A DNA stretch of 64,000 nucleotides. Origin: Octopus vulgaris (lineage: Eukaryota). The stretch covers positions 163,618,001 through 163,682,000 of the forward strand of contig OX597815.1 in assembly GCA_951406725.2 (NCBI GenBank), read 5' to 3'. The position numbers were made by a program, and so were the translations under genes. The notes under the pieces are model-generated. The model saw nothing but the letters and a program-made list of their open reading frames with translations, was not told the origin of the DNA and made no database searches. Below, one piece after another: positions 53,820 to 64,000 of this stretch (position 1 is the stretch's first letter; each line of letters begins with the position of its first letter).

Positions 53820-56800
53820 GAGAGAATGAGACAGACAGACAGACAGAGAAAGTGACGGGATATAAATGCAGAAATAATGCGGAGCACGTGCAGTATTGCA
53901 ACTTACAGCAAAAACAAGCGAATACGTAAACATGAGCGGAAATAATGAGTGTCCTCATAGAGAGAAAAATGTCGATAACCAAATCCCTCTTGACGATCGC
54001 TTTTAAATTGTTATGAACTAAAGAGGCTTTAAATAACGAGAATTTACTAAAGAAAGAAAGATTAGATAACCACAGGAAAGCTAAATGCTTTACCAGACAA
54101 TACTATAGTATTCGGTGTTTATTACAGTAACAAATTCTGGAGATGCAGTAGATGAAACGCTCAATGAAAGCGCACAAAACACAAACGAAATACAACCAAG
54201 TTATAAAATGGATCAATATGACATTAAACAAGAAAATTTCAGCAAAGATGCGTGAGAGTAGTCTTCGACGTGGTATGCCGACCATCATGCAACTTGTGTT
54301 TTATTCTTCTCTTCTGTTTTTATTTTGGCATGCGCATTGCGTTTTTATTCTTCGCTTCCCGTTTTACGAATTCTATGCGCACGTTCGCATCGCGTATTCA
54401 TACATCTTTTTCCAGTTCTGACTTCAAAAAGTGTTTATAGATCACAACTATCTCACGAACCTGCGTTCGTGAGGAGCGCTTCACACTCCGATGATTGTGA
54501 AAAGAGGTCCTTGAAATAAAGCATAACATGTTTCTTTGTCTTATGTTTTATGAGTTTACTAGTTTCCGTCACTGACTGCGGCCATGCTAGGACAATACTT
54601 TGAAGGGTTCGGCTAAACGAATCGACCGCCAGTGCTTGAATTTTTTTGAAGTCACGTACCAATACTATTGATCTCTTTTTTGTCGAACCACTACGTCATG
54701 GGTACATGAGCAAACTAACTTTGGTTGTCAAATGGTGATAGACAATCATAGACGCTAAGACAAACACCGGTTTAATAATAGGTGTGGGGAAACATAGACA
54801 CTAAGACAAAGGAGCGTGCATGCGTGTGCATAGACAAACATACATACATACATGCATGCATACATACATATGTATATATATCCTATTGCGAACACACTCT
54901 CTTTCAGATAGCAGGTTTTACATCGGTTTATATTATTGTATCATATGCTCTACCTTGTATATGCGTAAGTATACGTATAAAATTCATATGGGAAGAATGC
55001 TAGCAAGACATGTAACATGAATAAAGCTCGCACGTCAATAACAGAAAACGTAGGCCTCATAGATGAAACGCAATTATGTTTAGAAAACGTGCGTTTAGAA
55101 AGCAATGAAAAATTACTACCTAACTACTGCCAATAAATTTTATATAATATATATGCGAGTGTGTGTGTGTGTGTGCACTACGATGGATATTTTGATATCT
55201 TTAATATTTATTACTAAACACAATACCATCGTAAATACAGTTATCCTATTTACGTTTCTGTGTAGTGAAAAATTGAACCCTTCTCATTCACAGTACTGTC
55301 ACCCTTTTGATGCAAACCGAACCAAAGAAGTATATTCTTAGTTTATAAAGAACATGCAATTATTTAGTTAAATATTATTACACACAAAATGAAAGTGAAG
55401 CGATTGAAGCTGATATGTAATTATATAATTGCAATCTAATGTCAGTATTAGTTATATTAAAGCAGTAGGCATACATTCACAAATGTGCCCTGATATACTC
55501 TTTACTTTTTACTTGCTTCAGTCATTTGACTGCGGCCATACAGAACTTATTCTTTGTACTTATTCTTTGTAAACCTAGTATTTATTATATCGGTCGCTTA
55601 TGCCGAACCGAACCGCTAAGTTACGGGGACGTAAACACATCAGCGTCGGTGGTCAAGCGATGTTGGGAGTACAAACACAGACACACAAACATAAACACAC
55701 ACATACATATATATGTATACATATATACGACGGGTTTCTTTCAGTTTACGTCTACCAAATCCACTCACAAGGCATTGGTCGGCCCGAGTCTATAGTAGAA
55801 GACACTTGCCCAAGGTACCACGTAGTGGGAGTGAACTCGGAACCATGTGGTTGGTAAGCAAGCTACTTACCACACAGCCACTCCTACGCCTATATGTGTG
55901 TGATAGCGCGTGTGTATGATAGCATGTGTGTGTGGAAGTAACTGTGTGTTTGTGCGTGTGGTGGTGGAGCCATGTGTGTATGTGTGATACCGTATGTGTG
56001 TAAGGTAGCGTGTGTGTATGTGTCGGTAAATAGTTAATGGCACACATTGCATCTGTTTCCTTTTGTTTTTTGCGAATTCTGATATATTGGAAATCTATAT
56101 CATTTGACTCATATTTGTAGAAAATTTCAATGAAAAATATTCATTCTTCTGAAAGCTATCAAGATACAAACACGGTGGAGCACATAAGCCGCTCAGTGTA
56201 TATCACTGCACATGCATTATGGGAATTCCATAGTAAACCCGTATCATTTTATATACGTATATATAATTAAGGTGCAGGAATGGCGTACTTCGAATGAATA
56301 AGGTGATATAATCCGATGGTAGAAAGAATTCTGCGAATTAAGTACTCCATAGCCAGTCGGAAGAATGGCAGGTATCTGTGTGTATGTGTGGTGTGTGCGC
56401 ATGTGTGTGCGCGTGTGTGTGTGTGATAGTGCGTGTGTGCACGGTAGTATGTGTGTGTGTGGAAGTAACTGTGTGCGTGAGATGATACCGTGTGTGTGTG
56501 TGTATAGTTAATAAAAATAGTTAATAAAATAAAACGGAGAAAAAACGACAAAGAAAAAATAACTACGTGAGTATGTGCTACATGCAAAGTATTAATAAGA
56601 CACTCAGAGAAGGAAAGAAAGAGTGGTTGTCTTACATTTCGTGCAAAACCCTCTTCGGAAACAGGAGACATAGGAAAGTCCAAAAGGAAAAGGAAGATGT
56701 GAGGAAAAAAATCGCCAGCAGTTCACGTGTAGTTACATTTTGGAATGACCTGACAAAGAGATAGACAAAAAGAAAGTGCTTTCTGGGACAGGAGTGTGAA

Positions 56801-56972
56801 GAATGGTAGGTGTCTGTGTGTATGTGTGTGTGTGTGCGTGTGTGTGTGTACGGTAGCGTGTGTGTCTGTGCGTGCTGGTGGAGGCATGTGTGTAAGGTAG
56901 CGTGTCTGTGCGTGTGTGGTAGTAACTGAGTGCGTGCGTCTGTGCGCGGTAGCGAATGTGCGTATGATGGTA

Positions 56973-57010
<38 letters not shown>

Positions 57011-57345
57011 TGTGGGTGTGTGTGTGTAGTGTGTGTGGTATGAACTCCTTACATGTGTTTATATTAGGGATCTGTGTGTGTCTGTTAATGCCGTAGTGAG
57101 GGGTCAGCAGCTATGGTGACAGATGTATGTATGGGTGTTTTTGTAGATGGAATGGTCAGTAGTACTCGCGACAGTAGAAGGGTGTTTGAGAGGTAGTCTG
57201 AAGAATTTGTGAATGGGTTGGTGTGGATATGTGTGGATGTGTGTCTGTTAGCATGTGTACACCCCGGAGACGGAGTAGGAATGTGTGTATGTGTGGGTGC
57301 GTGTAGGTGTTCCACACTCTCTGTGTCACTGTTTGTCTGTCTGTC

Positions 57346-57410
<65 letters not shown>

Positions 57411-57562
57411 ATGTACGTGTGTGTGTTTGTGTGTGCGTGTATGTACGTGTGTATATGTATGTGTGTATGTATGTGCGTTTATGTACATGTGTGTATACAT
57501 ACACATATATATATATATACATATGTATAAATATATATACATATATATATATTTTTTACCTA

Positions 57563-57600
<38 letters not shown>

Positions 57601-58857
57601 GTATGTATGTATATGCATATATATATATATCAATACAAAATATGATACAATAAGATATGATACATACATAGGTAAAATACAGACATGCATATACATAAGT
57701 ATGTATGTATGTATGTATAAACATACATAGATATATGTACATTTGTGTGTGTGTATGTGTGCGTGTATGTGTGCGCGCACGCAGTTGCCTGCATCTACAG
57801 AACAACGCAGCAAAGTTATTATGTTTGTATTTTAACTAGACGAATATGACAATTTTTTTTTCGTTATTTTTCATCTTAATAAAATTTTCTCTTTCTTGTT
57901 AATATATATTTTTAGCATTCATTGTTATCTATTTATTCATTTATTTATTTTGTATGTGAATGTACTTGTTTCGGTGAGCATGCGTCTCACAGTTTTGCAA
58001 AGCTATTAATAATTTTTTTTTTTTCCATTTGTGGGAAAAAATATAGTTATATCGTTTCGTTTCTATAGCTTTCATTTTCAAATGTTATTTCTCCAATTAA
58101 AACGCGTTCAAGAATTAGACGCATGTATCTTTTTGTCTGCTTTTTCGTTACTGTAGTTGTTATCTTGCTTCATATTTTCTTCGCAGTAAAGCGTTTTTCA
58201 ATACGGTGAAACTATTTCGTATTTCAACAAGAGCGATATATATATATTTATATATATATCGATATTATAACACCTCTTCAGTTTTTCTTTCATTTATGAC
58301 GACCTGGAAAACTCTTTCGGTTTGCAATTTTCTGGTATCATGTTGACGAGAGCGTTTTTCATTCGGATGCTCTTGTAATACATTGTAACTAATAGTTCAT
58401 GGTTAGATGTGATGATGCTGTGTAGTTAAGAGGTGCGCTTTGCAACCATGTTGCTTCAGTTTCTGTCCTACCGCACGGCACATTGTATATGTGTCTTCTA
58501 CGATGGCTCCAGACCGACCAATACCTTTGAGTAATTTTAGTAGACAGAAACTGAGTGGAAGTCCGTTCACGACCGGTGCTGGATAATTTTTTGTTCAATG
58601 TTGATATTTTGTGATTTTTAATACTATCTAGCTGCATGAAATGCATTCTCAAACCGAATACCGCAGTTTTATGACGTCATTAAAGTATCTCCGCGTTTAG
58701 CTTGACATACATACGTACATACATACATATATACATACATACTCTCTAAGCTTATTGAGTGCTAATCTACTTGTATGTGAATGGCTGGGTGTGGATATTG
58801 TAGATAATTAAATACATATACATATGCATGTGTATATATATATATATATATATATAT

Positions 58858-59061
58858 TCAAAATGTGACCGCGTGTGTACCGTTGGCGATTTTTTCCTCC
58901 GTCTTCTCTGGATCTTTCCTTCTCTTATGTTTCCGACGAAGACCTCCGCTCGAAACGTTAAACCCTCCTTCTTTCCTTCTTTCCCGAGCGTCCAATAATA
59001 CTATATTTGTTCCACGTCCTCGCGTTGTTGTGTTTTTTTGTGCTTTCTTGTTTGGATTAAC
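58858..59061 (+). mobile_element. Family H hammerhead-bearing element (duplicate of 36788-36990)
   Basis: Same CCGACGA...GAAACGTT motif and GGATTAAC end. Confidence 0.8.
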
Positions 59062-60272
59062 TATATATATATATATATACATACATGCATATATATATAT
59101 ATATAAAATGTTTACATATTATGTATGTGTGTGCGTGTGTGTGTGTTTGTGTATGCATATATGTCTATAATACCATATATGAAACAACAGCTAAAAGAGA
59201 GCTGATTTAAGTACCAGTTGCGTCGATCTAATCGGCTGGTTCCCTCACACAAAATGAGTCACGTGCTGTGGTTCAGTGCTTCAAACTTTTAAGGATGAAA
59301 ACGTTTCACCTGTTTAAGAATATTATTTATGTTGGTAACACCGAAAAGAAAAACTGAAATCAGTAATATTCCCAGTTATCGAACATGTAAAATACAAGCC
59401 GCACACATCCCGTTATGCGTGCGCGCGCACTCACACACACACACATACATAAGTATATGTATTTTAGCGTCTGAAATATATATTATAGATAGTAGAGAAA
59501 TGAAAATCTTCGATTAGCTGATATTATTTTGCAATTAATAGACAACTAGCACATCCAGAAGCGTTTAAGATATAAAAAAAAATAGACAATAGTCAGGGGA
59601 GTTAACTAGACTAAACCCAGTTCATCGAAATTTTTTGAATATTTGGCAAAATATGTAAAATGCTGATTGATATAGATTAGATCTATAAAGCCAGCCGGGT
59701 GAAATGCTCAGCGGTATTTCGTCTGCCGTTACGTTCTGAGTTCAAATTCCGCCGAGATCGACTTTGCCTTTCATCCTTTTCGGGGTCGATTAAATAAGTA
59801 CCAGTTACACACTGGAGTCGATGTAATCGACTTAATCCGTTTGTCTATCTGTGTTTGTCCCCTCTGTGGGTAGTAAAGAAATAGGTATTTCATCTGTCTT
59901 TACGTTCTGAGTTCAAATTCCGCCAAAGTTGACTTTGCCTTTCCTCCTTTCGGGATCGATAAATTAAGTACCAATTTTGTCGATTTAATCGGCCTATCCC
60001 CTCCCCCAAAATTTCGAGCCTTGTGCCTAGAGTAGAAAAGGATATATTACGGTCCTAATAGACTTAATTAGCAAAGCATACTGGCAAGGCAAAATGTATG
60101 TATGTATGTATGTATGTATGTATGTATGTATGTATGTATGTATGTATGTATGCATGTATGAATGTATGTATGTATGTATGTATGCATGCATGTATGTATG
60201 TATGTATGTATGTATGTATGTATGTATGTATGTATGTATGCATGTACGCATGTATGTATATATGCATGTATG

Positions 60273-60306
<34 letters not shown>

Positions 60307-61080
60307 TGTATGTATGTATGTATGTATGTATGCATGTATGTATGTTATTCTTTTTTTATTCAGAGTGAATTTTGACCGGCTACCTACTTGGTAACGAAGT
60401 TGTGATGGAAAGTATCTTGTTTTAACCATCTTCCTTGAAATCTTAATGTCTTACAGATTTTTATAGTCTGAAATATCGTGATTACTTGTATCATATGAAT
60501 TAAAGACTTGTATTCAGTCATACATTGCTCCAGACAGTTATGTATTTATGTATGCATGTATGTATGTATGTATGTATGTATGTATGTATGCATGCATGTA
60601 TGCATGTATGTATGTATGTATGTATGTATCTATGCGTGAAGATTTGTATGTTTTGTTTTATGTATGTCTTCTCGTGCATATATTTGCATACCTAGACATG
60701 CTCATATGCACTTAAATGCTAAACATCTGGAAAGCTTTACAGATCTTTACAGTTCCAGCAATGGCTTGGATCTATAGTCTTCGAATGAGCTTTCCTCTTT
60801 CTGCTTTCGAAAATCCTGATTTCTCAAGATTGATGTTTCGGCAGTGTGTTACATATCCTAGAGCCTCAATAATTACAGGTATAAACCTGAGCTCCTAATC
60901 TGGATAGAGTAACTGTAGATTTCTCAACAGTTCAGAGTAAGCATTTTTTTTCGTTGATGTATGTTTGTATGCATGTATAAGGAATATAATGGAGTCGATT
61001 ATGAATACCACTAATGGGGCAAAAGGAAAATAACCATGTGTCTACGTGTGTGTGTAAGTATGTATGAATGTATGTATATA

Positions 61081-61703
<623 letters not shown>

Positions 61704-62158
61704 TATATATATGGTATGTGTGTGTGTGTGTATTTGTGCGTTTGCTTCTCTGTGATAATGTCATTTATACCTCTTCTCAAAATATAGGAAATTTGACACA
61801 AAAAATTGCAACTTTAACTTCTCATCACTCGCCAAGCTACGCCAAAATGCCCTGCTATAGTATTTGCGGCAAAACCAGAGGAATAGAAGGAATCTTGTGA
61901 TGTTCTACATTGGCAAATACCAAAGCAAACAGTTCAAATAGTGAAATAAATGCTATGGCATGAAGAAGAAAAGAACTGTAGCTTTCAGAAGAAACATTAG
62001 GTTGCTTCATCAGAAAAAAAAAATTGTTAAAAACAAACAGAAAACAAAAACAACTGTATTATATTGAAACAATATCGGTATAACAAACATCAAGATAAAG
62101 TGCCAAACAAAATAAGTGACTCTCTTAATATCAAATACACAAACCCGTTATTCTCCAT

Positions 62159-62223
<65 letters not shown>

Positions 62224-63605
62224 TACTCTCTCTCTTACTCTTACTCTTTTTCTCGATCACACGTACATATTCGTACACATATTATACATTCAGTTCTTTA
62301 ATAGTTGCTAAAAACGTCCCAACATTGAAGTGCTGAAATGTGAGGAAAATAATTTTGATAAAACTCTTTGATCTTTACAAACCAACATTGAATGAAACCA
62401 GCCATGACAATTGGCTTTTGCGTTATTTTCAAACAATCTTTTCTACTAACAAACAATGCATGCTAGACCAGACTCTATCCTTGCCCAACTCTCTAACTCT
62501 TCCCTCTATCTATACTGGGATATATACGCATTAGATAATCACTGCAGTGTGTTTCATTCTCAATAAGGATAAACCTGGGCCTTCCTGCTGTTGTTTGTCT
62601 CAGCGCACCAACTTATAGCATCACAAATATGCTAGAGAAAACCATTATCAAGAAACTACTATAATATCTAGAGTTTCTCTATCTGAAGTGCAGTCTTCAC
62701 AGTGGATGTCATCTGGCAAGCAAACACTAACAACATAATATAAGTGGTAAAGTAGTTGTAAAGTTCCAATCCGAGTCATATAGACCCAAGGGCCGGTTTC
62801 CGGGTTTCCACGGCGTATATACACTCCATCTGGACGCGACGGCCGTCTATCGCAGCATTACTCATTTTTGCTTGGCGAGTGGACTGGAACGACGAGAAAT
62901 GAAATATTTCGCTCAAGAACAAAGCGCATCGCCCAGTCTAGGATTCAAAACCATAATCTTATGATCATGTGTCCAACACCATAACCACTAAGCCACTCGC
63001 CTCCACAAAAGTAAAGTTTTCTTCTCGTGTCATGCCGAATCATAAGGGCCGGTTTCCCAATTTTTATGATATATATATTCCCCATATTGATGGGATGCCG
63101 GTCAGTCGTAGGATTACTCATTTGTTTCAGCTGAGTGGACTGGAGCAACGTGAAATAAAATATTTTGCTCAAGAGCACAACGCGTCGGCTGGTTCCAGAG
63201 ATCGAAACCACAATCTTATGATCATGAGTCCAACACCCTAACCACAAAGCTACGCGCCTCCACCAGTAACAGTGGTATCAGGTAAAAAAAATGGCCATCC
63301 TTTTGAAGACCCAAAATTACTTCATCTTTCCTAAACAGCAGACATCACACACCGGATCCAATGAAAGATTTACCCTGCTGATTGGCATGAAGTTACCACT
63401 TCACGACAATTTTGACCAGGCGTATGCTCTTCCACCTTGCTCTAATTTCTATCGCTATGTTAGCCTCTGATCCGCTGCACTGGTTGGCCTTATGCAATTT
63501 CCACTCAGACATTCCCCACTCTCCCCCTCTTGTTGTCCATTCTTATCTGCTCACCCCCAGATACCATGCTAACAACTACTCCCCCTCTCTCTCTCTTTCT
63601 CTCTA

Positions 63606-63644
<39 letters not shown>

Positions 63645-64000
63645 ACACTATTTCAATGGCCCTTGTTCCTCAGTTGTAGTTGATTTCATTTCGTTCCACC
63701 TCCGTTCGAGTTCTCTTAACAGACTCAAATATTCAGACCTCGTGGACCTTCCTTGGTTACACCATTCGGGTCTCTTAGAAGATCTTTGGTGTTTTAAAGT
63801 TCCTTCTTTACACCTACAGCTGTTCAAAACGATCCCTTACTCACGACGATCACAAAGCTTATGGAGTGCCTACGAAGGATATTGTTAGAGCGCCTTCCTT
63901 CAAGCAGTCTAATGAAATTAACCTAACAAAATCATAATTATTTTCTCTATACTATAAACTGTGCACTTCTACACTAAATGGAACGAGAAAGAGTCTACAA

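Overview
AT-rich, microsatellite-saturated eukaryotic DNA with no intact host protein-coding gene that I can support; nearly every ORF in the supplied track is a translation of (TA)n, (CA)n, (TATG)n, (CT)n or (CAT)n repeats. The SINE repertoire and microsatellite density point to an octopus (coleoid cephalopod) genome, which is an inference. The window contains three tRNA-headed SINE families (labelled A, B, C here) and decayed coding remnants of four transposon classes: a Tc1/mariner with DD36E spacing, a Penelope-like GIY-YIG endonuclease, a Helitron Pif1 helicase C-terminus and a CR1-type LINE 3' end. There are also non-autonomous Helitrons with TC...CTAG ends. About 21.4 kb (20605-41986) recurs near-identically after a 100-N gap (42658-64000); this is either an assembly artefact or a SINE-mediated tandem duplication. 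The most interesting signal is a set of short elements sitting in or beside microsatellites that carry minimal type I hammerhead-ribozyme motifs. One canonical motif lies just downstream of the Penelope-like endonuclease, several others recur with a non-canonical CCGANGA core, and two are arranged as inverted pairs.
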